In this document: positions 1 to 17,000 of the stretch, piece by piece
How the letters are laid out: each line of letters opens with the position of its first letter
How positions within the stretch are numbered: position 1 is the stretch's first letter
From: the human T2T-CHM13v2.0 reference genome, Homo sapiens
Assembly (NCBI RefSeq): GCF_009914755.1
Contig: NC_060944.1
DNA length: 64,000 bases
Direction: 5' to 3' (one strand)
The notes under the pieces: generated by a model
Database searches by the model: none
Told to the model about the DNA's origin: nothing
The model's input: only the letters and a program-made list of their open reading frames with translations
Program-made: the position numbers and the translations under genes

Positions 1-291
1 CCTTGCTATTCCATAAGAGGATGTGTCCAGTGTTGTGGAAGATTTCATGTTTTAAATCCTTTGTACAGAAATCCTGCTCCCAAGTCACAGATAGGCTGAC
101 GGGTCAGAGGGCAAGACGTGACCCAGGGCCGAGAGGGTGAGTGACCAGGAAAATCGGATTCATCAGTTCACTTGTTTGTTTCAGAAACGTGCACAAAGAC
201 CTGCTGCATGAGGCCCTCGTCTTCAGTTTCTGTTTCATGCCCAGCATTAAACCAAGTATCTCATTTTGCCAATTTGACTTCTGTAGGGGCC

Positions 292-495
292 ATGGCACCT
301 GCAAGGTGTTTTTCAGCAAGATTGAGGACCGTGTTTCAGGGCGTGGGGCATTGGGCTTTGTCCACATGGGCTGGCCTGAAGCCCAGCCGGCTACTGCCAC
401 AGCGGGCTTCTCCCAGGCTGCTCTCGGTCGGCCGTGCGGACCTCGCCAAGCATCAGGAACTCCCGGGGAAGAAGCTGCTCTCTGAGAAAAAGCTG
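292..495 (+). CDS. MTG2: MTG2 (GTPBP5) first coding exon, including the predicted mitochondrial presequence
   Basis: Acceptor ctgtag ends at 286, ATG at 292 in ggccATGg context, donor gtgaga at 496. Encodes 68 aa (MAPARCFSARLRTVF...EKKL), Arg-rich and without acidic residues at the N-terminus. Confidence 0.95.
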
Positions 496-815
496 GTGAG
501 ACTCCTGGAGTTAGAGCAGCTTGCCTGTCTCCTCCTCAGAAGGCACAGGGTGTGGTTTCGGGTCCTCCTCTGGGTCTCATCTCTGTTGATGTTAGTTGAT
601 GATCTTAGTGATGGGGCACGTGGAGCTTCTTGAAAATGACAGGGTGAAACGCAGGCCTGCGTGCTAAATCCCACGCTCAGCAAATCCCAGCAGGCTGGGA
701 GAGGCGCTGCGTGCTTGGAAAGCCGTGATACAGGCTGCTCATTTTCCCATGAGCCTGTGTATTTTACATGTATGTTACATATATCCTTTCATATGTGTGG
801 CTATTTCTTAATTTA

Positions 816-974
<159 letters not shown>

Positions 975-1786
975 TTAATAAATAAATAAAAATAAAACAA
1001 GTAGGGGGGAATATACCTTCCGTTTTATGGTTCTTTAAGCCTTATAAGTTTTTCTTGTTCTATTTACCAAAACCTCCTATTTAAAGCATGAATTGTCTCT
1101 AATAAATTCAAGAAAATGCACGTTTATGACTCCCTTCGTTTCCTGCTGAATGGAGGGGCTCCAGATAAGCATTACTGGGACAAACAGCACTTCCAGTGGA
1201 AAAGCCGCTTTGGTGGGATGTGTGCTCAAATAGCTGAAGCGTTAGCACAGGCTTGTCTCCTCCCCAGGAGAGAAAGTGAGTCGAGGTTTTGTCCTCCACG
1301 AAGTGCTCACCAGTGGGGCTTTCCTCCCTGTCTGGTGGATTTTGCTTGCGTTGGCGCATGACAGCATTACACATTGAAATTTGGAAATAACAGTTCGTGG
1401 TTTTCCCACATGGTGGTGCCAAAGAATCTTAGAATGTTTGTGTTTTAAATTTTTAAATTTTTTTTTGTGTTTAAATTTTTGTGTTTAAAAATTTTAAATG
1501 TTTTAAAATTTTCTTTTAAAAGAAAAAAAAACTGCATTTGAGGAGTATTGGATCGGAGTGCAGAGGCAGCAGCCCTGGGTGGCTGTCAGGGGCAGGGCAC
1601 GTCTGTCTGTGCACGTGGGCAGAAGCCAGGTGTCCTCCCCAGCGTGTGGTGAGGTTGCAGCACCCTGGGCTGCGGGAGCTGACCCTCCTGTGGTAGGAGC
1701 TGTTGTGTGTTGAACAGTAACCTGGTTGGTTCTCTCTCTTCATCCAGATTGCACCTACCTTAGTGACCTACAGAACAGCTTTCCTA

Positions 1787-2090
1787 GCCGGGCACAGTGG
1801 CTCACGCCTGTAGTCCCAGCACTTTGGGAGGCCGAGGCGGGTGGATCACGAGGTCAGGAGATCGAGACCATCCTGGCCAACACAGTGAAACCCCGTCTCT
1901 ACTAAAAATACAAAAAACTAGCCGGGCGCAGTGGCGGGTGCCTGTAGTCCCAGCTACTTAGGAGGCTGAGGCAGGAGAATGGCATGAACCTGGGAGGCGG
2001 AGCTTGCAGTGAGCCGAGATCCCACCGTTGCACTCCAGCCTGGGCGACAGAGCGAGACTCTGCCTCAAAAAAAACCACAAAAAACAAAAC
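1787..2090 (+). mobile_element. AluY-like
   Basis: Full dimer with the GATCGAGACCATCC diagnostic and an acagctttcc target-site duplication. Confidence 0.9.
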
Positions 2091-2672
2091 AGCTTTCCCT
2101 CCAGCGAGGGGCTCTGTTTGCCTCACCACATTTTTTAAATGAGCCCTGTTTTCATCAGGCCCCAGAAAATACTCTTTCTTCAGAGTCGAAAGCCTGGTAA
2201 TTGTCCAGGAACGATTCTAACTTCCTATTTCTCTATCGCATCCTGGGAAACTAGAACTTTCTAAGAGTAAAGATCTATGATTTCAGGAATGGTTTTTTTG
2301 AATGGAAAGACACATTATATAAGGAATATTTCCTAAACAAGATGTGGGTTTTTTAGCTTAGAAATGCTGATTTTTGTTGTTGGTTTTTAAATCAGTCTCA
2401 CCCAGAGTAAGAAATGCTGAATTTTTGAAGTGTAGGTCCACACAGAATACTTACATCTGCATTGTGGATTTACCTCAGTCTACAAATGCAACTGACTTGT
2501 GGAGACTGTTTTTTATCTTCGGAATTTAGAAGTGATTAGCAATATTAGTGTCATTAACCTCTAATTTTAATAGGCTGTTATAGATAGAAGATGTACATCT
2601 CAAATGGATGCATGGTGTCTTGAAAGGACCTTGGAGTGTTGAGATGACGTGGGATATTTGTGTTCTCTGTAG

Positions 2673-2820
2673 AAAAGGTACTTTGTGGACTATCGGAGAG
2701 TGCTTGTCTGTGGAGGAAACGGAGGCGCTGGGGCAAGCTGCTTCCACAGTGAGCCCCGCAAGGAGTTTGGAGGCCCTGATGGAGGGGACGGAGGCAACGG
2801 TGGACACGTCATTCTGAGAG
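2673..2820 (+). CDS. MTG2: MTG2 coding exon 2, Gly-rich Obg fold
   Basis: Acceptor tctgtag ends at 2672. Encodes KRYFVDYRRVLVCGGNGGAGASCFHSEPRKEFGGPDGGDGGNGGHVILR, the Obg signature. Frame continuity requires a GC donor at 2821. Not in the ORF track in this frame. Confidence 0.95.
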
Positions 2821-2901
2821 GCAGGTGCCCTGGGGCAGTGCAGCGGGGTTGAGGAGGGGCCCCGAGACTGCATGTGCATTTGAACTAAAAACCTGATGTA
2901 T

Positions 2902-4295
<1,394 letters not shown>

Positions 4296-4724
4296 ACATG
4301 TTTTGTTTTGTTTGTTTAATTTCAGGAGCACAGAGAGTTTCCTGTCAGGGAAGCTGACATGTCGGTCGCGTGAAAGCACGAGGCCTGTGTGGTGGGTTCG
4401 GTGGGTGCCGCTGGCTGCTGGTTATATTCACACTCAGCATAGACGCATAGCGAGCTGGGAGTGAAGCCTTCACAACAAAAGCATAGAATACAGCTACTGT
4501 AAAAAATAAGAAATTTAAAAATTTTCAGAAATGATAGCACTTTTTGAAGGAAAATAAGGATTTCATTTTTAAAAAATCACTTTGCTGGTTTTGTAACTTC
4601 TGCTGCACCCTCACTCCATGCTTCCATACCTATTTTTAAGGTTCTTAAACTGGACCCAGACACATCAGCAATAGGCCATGGTTGTCGTAACACAAAGGGA
4701 CTGAGATTCTTGTTCTTGCTTTAG

Positions 4725-4840
4725 TTGACCAGCAAGTCAAGTCCCTGTCGTCGGTCCTGTCGCGGTACCAGGGTTTCAGTGGAGAAGATGGAGGGAGTAA
4801 AAACTGCTTCGGGCGCAGTGGCGCCGTCCTCTACATCCGG
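4725..4840 (+). CDS. MTG2: MTG2 coding exon 3
   Basis: Acceptor ctttag ends at 4724, donor gtgagc at 4841. 116 nt encoding (V)DQQVKSLSSVLSRYQGFSGEDGGSKNCFGRSGAVLYIR. Confidence 0.95.
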
Positions 4841-5506
4841 GTGAGCCGAGACTGCCGCACCTGGCCCTGTCCCCGTTGTTCTGGATCATCCAGCTCCTGG
4901 GGGCCACCGTGTGACCCACGGGGCCCCTGTGGCTTGATGCCCACAGCTAGGAAACAGCACAATGGAAACGGAGGCTGGCAGACAGCGGGAAAGCAGCCCC
5001 ACCCCTCAAAGCAAACCCAGACGGGCATTTGTACCAGGGTCTCACACCATGTGCATGTCTAGTGAAAAAGTCATGAAACGATTCTCTTTTAAAAAGAGGG
5101 AGCCCACGGCACGGACGCTTCCTCCGTCTCTGACCCCATGAGCCGACCTCTGACTGAGGGAGGCCACTGGCACCCAGCGGGCCTGCGTCTCCTTCGCGAG
5201 CTGAATTCACTCGTCTCTTAGATGTTTTTTCTGGTGCTTCAGTTCACACTAACGTTTTAGAAACACTATTTGAAAAAGCCCTTTGTGCAGTCAGAAGGGT
5301 GTGTACGCAGCCCCGTGAAAGCCCTGGAGCACTGGGACCTTTTCCTTGTGCTCCAGAGCTGTTGGCAGAGGTGAGTGGGGCGGGCAGCTGCCCGGGGCAC
5401 AGTCCGCTCTTGTCTTCTTTCCTTAGCGCTTGCTTCAGGAATGGGTTAAGGCCTCCTTTCCTCACTGCTGGTAGAGCTCAGCTGATGAGTGCCTGCTGTT
5501 TCCCAG

Positions 5507-5725
5507 GTCCCCGTGGGCACGCTGGTGAAGGAGGGAGGCAGAGTTGTGGCCGACCTGTCTTGCGTGGGAGATGAGTACATTGCCGCGCTGGGCGGGGCAG
5601 GAGGGAAAGGCAACCGCTTCTTCCTGGCCAACAACAACCGTGCCCCTGTGACCTGTACCCCTGGACAGCCAGGACAGCAGCGAGTTCTCCACCTGGAGCT
5701 CAAGACGGTGGCCCACGCCGGAATG
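5507..5725 (+). CDS. MTG2: MTG2 coding exon 4
   Basis: Acceptor tcccag ends at 5506, donor gtaggt at 5726. 219 nt encoding VPVGTLVKEGG...GGAGGKGNRFF...LELKTVAHAGM (Obg motifs VPxGT, GGxGGxGN, LELK). Confidence 0.95.
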
Positions 5726-5991
5726 GTAGGTGTCCCCACTGCCAACAGCATCTGCACACACTCAGCTCTAGAAAATCCACTTTTCTCAATGGGGATTTGC
5801 CAGTGGCCTGGAAGAGAACAGCTTTGCGACTCACCTTTTTCCCATCAGTACGCTGCTGACTTGGTCGTGAGCATGAGCCCTTGTGACTCCCCCAGCCCTG
5901 AAATCCTCCCTCCAATCCCAGTTAGTTACAGACTCTGCGCTAACAAAGGTGCTGCCGCGGGCCGTGCCACCGTCTTCCCTCTTTCCCCCAG

Positions 5992-6130
5992 GTGGGATTC
6001 CCCAACGCCGGGAAGTCCTCACTGCTCCGGGCCATTTCAAACGCCAGACCCGCCGTGGCTTCCTACCCGTTCACCACCCTGAAGCCCCACGTCGGGATCG
6101 TCCACTACGAAGGCCACCTACAAATAGCAG
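5992..6130 (+). CDS. MTG2: MTG2 coding exon 5, G1/P-loop and G2
   Basis: Acceptor ccccag ends at 5991, donor gtagaa at 6131. Encodes [12 protein letters not shown] (G1) and YPFTTLKP (G2). Confidence 0.96.
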
Positions 6131-6236
6131 GTAGAACTTCCAGAATTCTCCCAAAGGTTAGATTTAAATGATGTAATTCAGAAAAGTAATGATGTAACTC
6201 TTAAATTTAGCTTTCTGTTTAAAATGTAGCATTGTT

Positions 6237-6880
<644 letters not shown>

Positions 6881-7557
6881 TAATTTAAACAATTTTCATC
6901 AGCCTGTTCTCTATGAAAATCAGGTTCCCACCCCATCCCCTAGGAATCTGTCAGTTACAGTTCAGAAACCTGCATTGAAATTCCAGCCGAGGACAGTATT
7001 TCTTCCCACTCTATTTGTCCCCTCTCATCTGTGGAAGCTCAGCAGCATCACAACACGTGACTTAAAAGCTTTCCTTGTGCCGTTTGAGAGAATAAAACTT
7101 TTTCCCAGAAGACAATACACCCATTAAAAATAGTAAGCCTGCTGGTAAGGTTATTTGGATGGCACTTTATATCTGCAGAGTACTCTACATGTAAATTTCT
7201 ATCAGTAATCAAATGATTAGTAGAGTACAGGCAGCCATTTTCCTCTTTTTTGAATCCTATTAGAAGCAGAAAGAGAAGGTATGAAATGTACTCTACTAGA
7301 TAGATCCATCGCCATGCTGGTCTCCCAAACATCTCCAAGCATTGAATTCCTCAGGTGTCAGTTGGCCCAGTGAATCACCCAGGTGCTAAATCAAATGGCT
7401 TCAGTTCAAGGCGTTCCTTGAAAGGAAAGTGTTAGAACTCAGGAAATCCGCCTTCGCAGTGGGCTCCAGACCTTCTCTCCCAGGCTCGAGGTGGAAGGCG
7501 CTCTTGGGTGCTGGGTGTGCCAAGTGGTCACCTCGTGTGCCCCTGTCTTCCCTGCAG

Positions 7558-7952
7558 TGGCCGACATCCCCGGCATCATACGAGGCGCCCACCAGAACAG
7601 GGGTCTGGGGTCCGCCTTCCTCAGGCACATCGAGCGCTGCCGCTTTCTCTTGTTCGTGGTGGATCTTTCTCAGCCTGAGCCGTGGACTCAAGTTGACGAT
7701 TTAAAATATGAACTGGAGATGTATGAAAAGGGCCTGTCTGCGAGGCCCCACGCAATCGTCGCAAACAAGATTGACCTCCCTGAAGCCCAAGCCAATCTGT
7801 CCCAGCTCCGGGATCACTTGGGACAGGAGGTCATCGTGCTGTCGGCGTTGACCGGCGAGAACCTGGAGCAGCTGCTGTTGCACCTGAAGGTGCTGTATGA
7901 CGCCTACGCGGAGGCCGAGCTGGGCCAGGGCCGCCAGCCGCTCAGGTGGTAG
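7558..7952 (+). CDS. MTG2: MTG2 last coding exon, G3-G5 motifs and stop
   Basis: Acceptor ctgcag ends at 7557. Encodes DIPG (G3), FLRHIER, NKID (G4), SAL (G5), with TAG at 7950-7952. The six exons sum to 1221 nt. Confidence 0.97.
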
Positions 7953-9102
7953 CCACGCCAGAGCGGGGTCGCCTCTGGGCCTCTGTCTGAGCAAACCTGG
8001 ATGTGAATTCGGTGGTTTTGAATGCATAAAGTGCCTTGTGGACACGGGGGAGTTGTGGTGCTTCTGGGTCTCTGGGCCCCGCCTGCTGGCCTGGGATGCC
8101 CTCATGTTGGGAAGCATTCCGTGCCCCCCACCCCGCCTGCCCTCCGTATTTCCTGCACCTGTCAGCCTGCGCCGACTGATGAGCCAGTTGCTCATTTGTG
8201 CTGATTAACACCCCTAATAAGGGGTTGGGGTGCCCATAACGGGGTGGCCCTGCCGCTGACTCGGGTCTCCGCCATGCACGCGTGGACTCTCGGATGAGCT
8301 CAGCAGAACCGCACAGCCAGAGCCCCAGGTCAGAAGTGCAGACCAGGGTTCTCAGCACAGTGCCCGTCGTGCTTCCATGGCTTGCTACGGAGAGAGACCT
8401 CTGGATCCACACTGGGGCTGCGTCTGGCCCGTTGTCCAGCAGCCCTGCGGTACCGCAAGCCCAGGCACCAGTGTCTCGGGGGGCCTCACTGCTGCGCAAG
8501 GGGTGGGGCCGAGGATGCAAGTCCAGGCAGAGCGGCGCAGGCAGCTGTGAGCTTTTCTCCATCAGCCGTCTGAGAAGAGCAGTGAGGCCAGCTGCTTCCT
8601 GTCCTTCAGAACACTTCTCTGTGCTCAGTGGGAGCCAGGAAGCCTCAGGCTTCACGACTGAATGCACCCAATATCCGACCTGGCTGCGTGTTTCTGGCTG
8701 GGCTGCCGTGTGCACAGCAAGTTAACTAGAGGGGCTGTGGGCCATGGAACTGTCAGCGTTATTCTCAGAAGGCGGCCGTGGCATGGGCAGGGTATAGTGA
8801 GGAGTGGAAGGAGACGTGTGCCTGGTAATATGGGGCGGAATTTCCACTCAGCTCCATTTGCTGGGGATTTAAAGAGAACCCTTGTGCTGCGCCAGGCAGT
8901 TACCGAGCCGAAGGGAGATGATGGGCCTTCGCCCCTCAGTGGGATGGCAGCTGAGGGGGCCCTGCATTTGACCCTCGAGACTGCAGCAGCGCCTTTCCTG
9001 TCTGTGGTTTAAGTCTTTGCAGTCAAGTACTGATGCATCCAAGCCAGGCCTATGCCTGGTGTCTCCCTGACTGCAGAGGAGCCCCAGGGCAAGGACAGCT
9101 CA

Positions 9103-9803
<701 letters not shown>

Positions 9804-10379
9804 TCAGGAGCAATTCCGTTTTGATCTCACATCAAATCTGCAGCTAGAACATGACAGTCCTTTTACCCGAAGCTTTATTTTAATGTCTTATAATTTCAAA
9901 GGTCCTTCTATCCTAGAAACCAGAGATGGGTTTTGCATCTATTTGCTTTTTCTTTCAGGCCGCCACAAAGGATTTTGTGGAGTCGCCCCAGGCCTGACGG
10001 CGTTAATTATCCCTGGCTTTCATCTTGATGCTCTTGCAGGGGAGGCTCAAGATGCCTTGTGGCTCGACCCCTGCACGGAGCCCCCAGCCCAGCCTCCCCG
10101 TGGGTTGAAACCTTGATCTGGGCCTGACTGTGGCTGCTCTGGGGACATGCCCTCGTCCTTTGCTGAAGCTGAGGCTCCAGAGGGGGAGTCACTGCCACGA
10201 AGGTTGCCCAGAACTTTCCTTGCTGCAAAAAGCCCCAAGACTTCTCCCTGCCACACACACAGCTTTTGCCATCGCGTTCTAAAAGCTGACAGCTTTCTCT
10301 CCAACACTGTTCTCCCTGAGTAGGGTAAAGCTACACTTGGCTTCCCCAGTTTCCTGTTTCCTGCCTAGAAACAAATTTT

Positions 10380-10650
10380 TGTCAGTCTGCTTTTCAAATG
10401 GGATATATGATTCACATACCATAAAATTCACCACTTTATATAATTCAGTGGTTTTTTTGTATGTTCAGAAGGTTGTGCAACTGTCAAACTGCAAATTCCA
10501 GAACGTTTTCATCACCCCGAAAACAGACCCTGTGCCCGTTAGCATGAACCCGCCTTCCCCCTCCCCCGGGCACCCACCCGTCTACCTTCTGTCCCCAGGG
10601 ACCTGCCTTCCAGACAGATCCTGTAATTGGAGTGTACACTATGTGGCCGT
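10380..10650 (-). mobile_element. Old L1 (L1M-type) 3' fragment
   Basis: Resembles the antisense L1M 3' end (ttcacataccataaaattcacc...ccagaacgttttcatcaccccgaaaa). Confidence 0.55.
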
Positions 10651-10865
10651 CTGTGCGGGTCTTTAGTAGCCATGCCTGAGGCGGCCGACACCGCAGTCTT
10701 TAGTTACGGAAGGGACCGCGGGTGCAGGCCAACCCCCCCACAGTCAGCATGTGTGGGCTGCCTTGGACACAGGGTCTCTGTGTATCCCCAGCAGCCTCAG
10801 AACACCTGACCCAGAGACGGCGTCAGTAAGCGCTGGCAGGTGCACGGAGGATGGCGCTGGCATGA

Positions 10866-11365
<500 letters not shown>

Positions 11366-11533
11366 GCAGCCCAGGTGGGGTGGAGTCTGGGTGCCCTGGG
11401 GCCCTGCCACCTTCCACTTGGACACGGGCGAGGAGGGGTTTGCCCTGAGCATCCCCTGTAGAAGCCCAGCTCCACAGCAGCGCTGTAGGAAAACGTAGTG
11501 TGTCCATTTGAAAATGAAGTTTTATCTATTCCT

Positions 11534-12521
<988 letters not shown>

Positions 12522-13629
12522 CCCTTCCCATCTTGTGGTCGTGTGTGCTTCCCGGCGCACGTGCTATACTGAGTTCAGTCTCGCGTGGGGCCTTTGCCTC
12601 CTCACCTCGCCAGCACAGCAGCTCTGCCCTCGGGTCCACCCCAGGTCCCGCCATGCCTGTCACCTCCACCCCGCTCTGGACGATGGCAGTGGCCTGCTAA
12701 TGTCTCCCCTACTTGGTGCCCGGGCCCCTCAGTCTTCCCCTGTGGCTGTGCCAGGAAGCCAGGCCCCTCACTGGGAGTCCCTGGTGCCCACAGCACCAGC
12801 CCCACTGCCCCTTCCTATGTCTGAGCCATGCTGAGGCCACTCCTTGGACTGCAGGCTTTGGTGTTGCTGATCCCTGTGACCCCGTGCCCTGCCCAGACAC
12901 CCCGTGAAATGCCCTCTAGTCAAAAAGCCAAAGACAGCCACACGCGCCCAGGCTCTGCACAGTTGGGCCCACCACCCTCTCGTGCACGCACTTTCCACAC
13001 TTCACGTTAGCCGCCGTCGCCCCCCCGCCCTAAGCTCCTGGAGAACAGAGACCTCGTTTGTCTGTATGCAGTGCCCGGGTCGGCGCTGGCCCCGGGATGG
13101 AGGCCTGAAGGGCAGACATGCTGAGGCAACCGGAGCGTCTCATCAGTGAACACACGTGCCGGGGACCTGTCCTGGTGCCGCTAAAGAGGCTGCAGAGCCG
13201 CGGGGTGCGGCAGTGCTTGGCGGGGGCGGGGTGCAGCTCTGCGTGCATGGCGTCCACCTGGGGACCGCAGGTGTCAAGCCGGGGAGAGCCAGTGCCAGGA
13301 GGTCACACACGATGGTTCCCTCTACAGAGTGTTCCAGAAACGACGAGGAGAATGGATTGGTGGTCCTCGGGCTGAGGAGGGCGGGAGGGTGGAGGTAGCC
13401 GTGGACACAAAAGGGCCATGCCAGGGTCCTCAGACCATCACCCTGTGTGTTGGCGGTGGGGCCGCGAGTCTGCACATGCGAAAGAATCCTGTTGGCTTAG
13501 TGTTTCAGGCTGGGAAGATGACCGGCTCTGAAGGTGGAGGGTGGTGATGGGAGAGCCACTGAACCGCACACTTCAGATAGCTCAAGTGGTGAACTTTATG
13601 TTTATCACCACGATAAAAAATATGACATA

Positions 13630-13918
13630 GGCCGGGCGCGGTGGCTCACGCCTGTAATCCCAGCACTTTGGGAGGCCGAGGTGGGCGGATCATGAGGTCA
13701 GGAGATCGAGACCATCCTGGCTAACACAGTGAAACCCCGTCTCTACTAAAAATACAAAAAAATTAGCTGGGTGTGGTGGCAGGCACCTGTGGTCCCAGCT
13801 ATGCAGGAGGCTGAGTTTGCAGTGAGCCGAGATCGTGCCACTGCACTCCAGCCTGGGCGACAGAGCAAGACTCTGGCTCAAAAAAAAAAAAAATTTATAT
13901 ATATATATATATATATAT
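13630..13918 (+). mobile_element. AluY-like with a right-arm deletion and (TA)n tail
   Basis: Alu consensus missing about 30 nt near 13815. Confidence 0.88.
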
Positions 13919-13967
13919 GACATAAAACTAAACATGCCACACACACACGAGTGCAGGGGAGTGGGAA

Positions 13968-14015
13968 CCTGCGTGCGGCGATGGCGTGTGTCCTGCGTGC
14001 GGCGATGGCGTGTGT
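13968..14015. repeat. 24-bp perfect tandem duplication
   Basis: cctgcgtgcggcgatggcgtgtgt occurs twice. Confidence 0.9.
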
Positions 14016-17000
14016 TGTGGTCTTAGAGGGTGGCTCACCCAAGCTTCCCTGTGGGGGAAGCCGATAAAGGGCACGTGGGGTCTCTGTAGTGTTGCACCCA
14101 ACAGCATGGAATCTACAACAATCTCGAAAGAGGAAAAGTCAAGGCGTCGGGAGCCCACTGCCCTCTGGCGAGCTCCTGGAGGCTCCATGGAATGTTCGGG
14201 CTGCAACCACCCCAGCCCTCCTGGGACTGTCCCCTCCTGGTGCTCTTGCTCAATCTCTGCTAGAAGAAGACAGCGTGAGGTCAGCTGAAAACAAAAGCAA
14301 ACTTTTCTGCAGGCTGCACACCCGTTGGTGTTAGAATTTTGCAGGAAACATCCCTCCTGGGCTTTGCCGCTGCCGAGGATCCTGGATCTGGGGACATCTC
14401 TAGCAGCACCGCCAGGAAGAGGCCGTACAGAGGACGCACGGCAGGCCCAACCCTGCCTGCTGTTCGAATAATTCATATTCTTACTGCCAGGACTGGCTCC
14501 ACCAACAGCCCTACCCCCAGGCCAGGGTCTCCACTTCTGAAAGGAGCCAGACAGTCAGAGAGGACCCTAGGCTCCTCCATGTGACATGGGGTTAGCCACA
14601 CAGGCAAGACAGGGGCAGGGTCCCTGGATGTGCCCTAATGACCTGATGGCCCACAGGCTGCTGAACCCATGGGGTGCAAGACAGGCCTGCATGGGAACTA
14701 CCACCCCTCCCCAGGAGTGGGTGCTGGGGACAGGGCTCGCGAGAAACAGGGCTACCTGATCGTTTCTTCTTTCTTGTAATCGTCTGGTTCCTTAGGAGAA
14801 AAAAAAATTGCTTCTTTGCAAAAAATCAATGGGTCCCAATGGATCCATGATGTTCCCCAGAGCCAGGAAATCATTCCGCTTTCTGCCATGGCCTCCAGGG
14901 GAACAGGCCTGGCCGTGGCCCGGCTGGGTGTTGAGGGTGGGGGCGGGGGTGTCTCACTCCCCCTGCCTTGTTCCCTCCTCAGTCCAGTGGGGATAACAAG
15001 ACCCAGCCAATGAGCCAAGGCCATACCTTCCCCGCCTGGGCCTGGAGCAGTCTCCCTTCGCCCTGCCTGGGTACAGAGGGGCACCTTCCCTGTTCAGGAT
15101 CCTCTGGGCTCACAGGGGTCCCGGATGTCACCTGGGATCCCCAGCCAAGGGTGGAGCAGAGCCTCATGGGTCTGGTGGCTAGGCTCCGCGCGCCCCCCCC
15201 CACCCCGTGTGCTGGGCAACCCACGCCCCTGGTGCCCAGCCTGCCGCCCCCTACCAGGCCCCAGGGTCCAGGTCCCAGGAAGCCACTCCCCCAGTCCCCC
15301 ACCCAACCCCAACCCTAGCCCCTTCTCTTCCTTGCCAAAGAGCTTCGTGGCTTCTTAAAACTCAGCACCCCGTCCCACCCCCAGTGTCCCCGTCAGCGGA
15401 GGGAGGGCCTTGGAGGGAGAGAAAAGGGAGTGGGCAGGTTTGCTCAGGCAGGCACAGCCCACGCTGCTAGAGTGGAGTTTTGGATTTACAATGAAGAGTG
15501 CACTGCATGTGAGGTGCACGCTGAAACATTATTCATCCTGACACTGAAGTTCAGGGCTCTGCATCTTATCTGGTGACCCTAAGGAGCGTCCTGCTTCTTA
15601 TCTGGTGACCCCAAGGAAAGGAGGTAGTGACCCAAGCAAGGGGGAGGTGGTGGCAGGGAGAGTGGCTTCAACACTGATTTTCCTTAGTGGTGCCTCCCGG
15701 GAGGGGGTGCCGGGAGACGGGGCCACCTGGGGGAGAGGACCGCCAGGGGTTTAGGGGAACGAGGTACACCCTTCCCCGAAGCCTCCCCTGCCTTCTTCCA
15801 GCCCCTGAGGGGGTGGTCTGGACGGGCTGTGGGCAGGGGCTGAAGCCTCTCCCTGCTGGGGCCACTCGAGGCAGGCCGCCTGGGCGAGGCATCTCATGGA
15901 TGCCTCCTGTGGACAGAAAGGACAGCACCTTCCTCTCTCCAGAGCTTGCAGTGTTGGGAGATGCCTTTCCTGCCGCAACCGTGACAAACACACTATTATC
16001 TATCAGAAAATCTTCTAACTTCCCCACTTTTCATTAGTCAGAGCCACAGACCTCCCTTGGGCAGGAGTGACCCGTTCTTCCCTGAGGTAGAGGATGCCAG
16101 CCTGGGCAGAGTCTCACCTGGCAGGATTTTTCCCACTCCAGTTATAAAAATGCATCTTGTATGGGCTTTAGGAAAGAAGATGGACTTGGTAATTTGTTAA
16201 ACATTAAGCCCCAGGTCTAGCTTCAGGCAGGGTTGGATCCAGGTGCTCAGGTACGACAGCATGGGGAATCCGCCTCCCCCCAGCTCTCAGCTTGGCTTTC
16301 TTCCTTGCTGTCTGCTCCAGGCGGACTCCCTCCACCAGGCAGCCTCGGCAAGGGCAGCCTCGAAGGCGGCCAGGACGGCCGCTCCAGCTGGAGAGGGCAC
16401 CTCCTTCTCAGGTTTCCAGCCAGAGTCCCAGGACTGCCGCCCACTGGCGGGGCTGGGGATGTGATGTGTGTCACCCCAGACCCATTGTGGTGATGGCGCC
16501 GAGCCATGGCTGAGACCCACATGAACCCTGGAGCCCAGGGGTGGAGTTGGCCCTGCCGAGCCCACCAGAGTGAGGGGCAGTGGTTCCCCAGAGAAAACTG
16601 CGTCTCCTGAACAGGTGCCTGAGGTGTCCCTGAGAGCTGAGGGGTTGGGAAAATAGTCCCAAGTTAGCTGTGTGATGTCCACCAGGCCACTTAACCTCCT
16701 TCAACAAGATGGGTTTAGCTGAGGAAAGGGCTCAGAACAGTGCCGAAAACGTCGTGTTGTGGGCCAGAAGCCGTTCTTCTTGTTACTACGGCCTGAGCGT
16801 GTCACATGTGCCTGGCAGCAAGAGGATTCCTCCCAGGCGGGCGCCAGAAAGGGACCCCTGAACCTTGGCCCTGCCCCTCCCTGCTCCAGCCCTGCTGGGC
16901 TTCTACCCCTCCACGGACCCCTGTGTGTCCTCAAAGGGAAACTGAGACCTCTCTGGAGCTTGACCCTTGACCCTGCCTCCTGCTCCAGGATCCGCAGACC

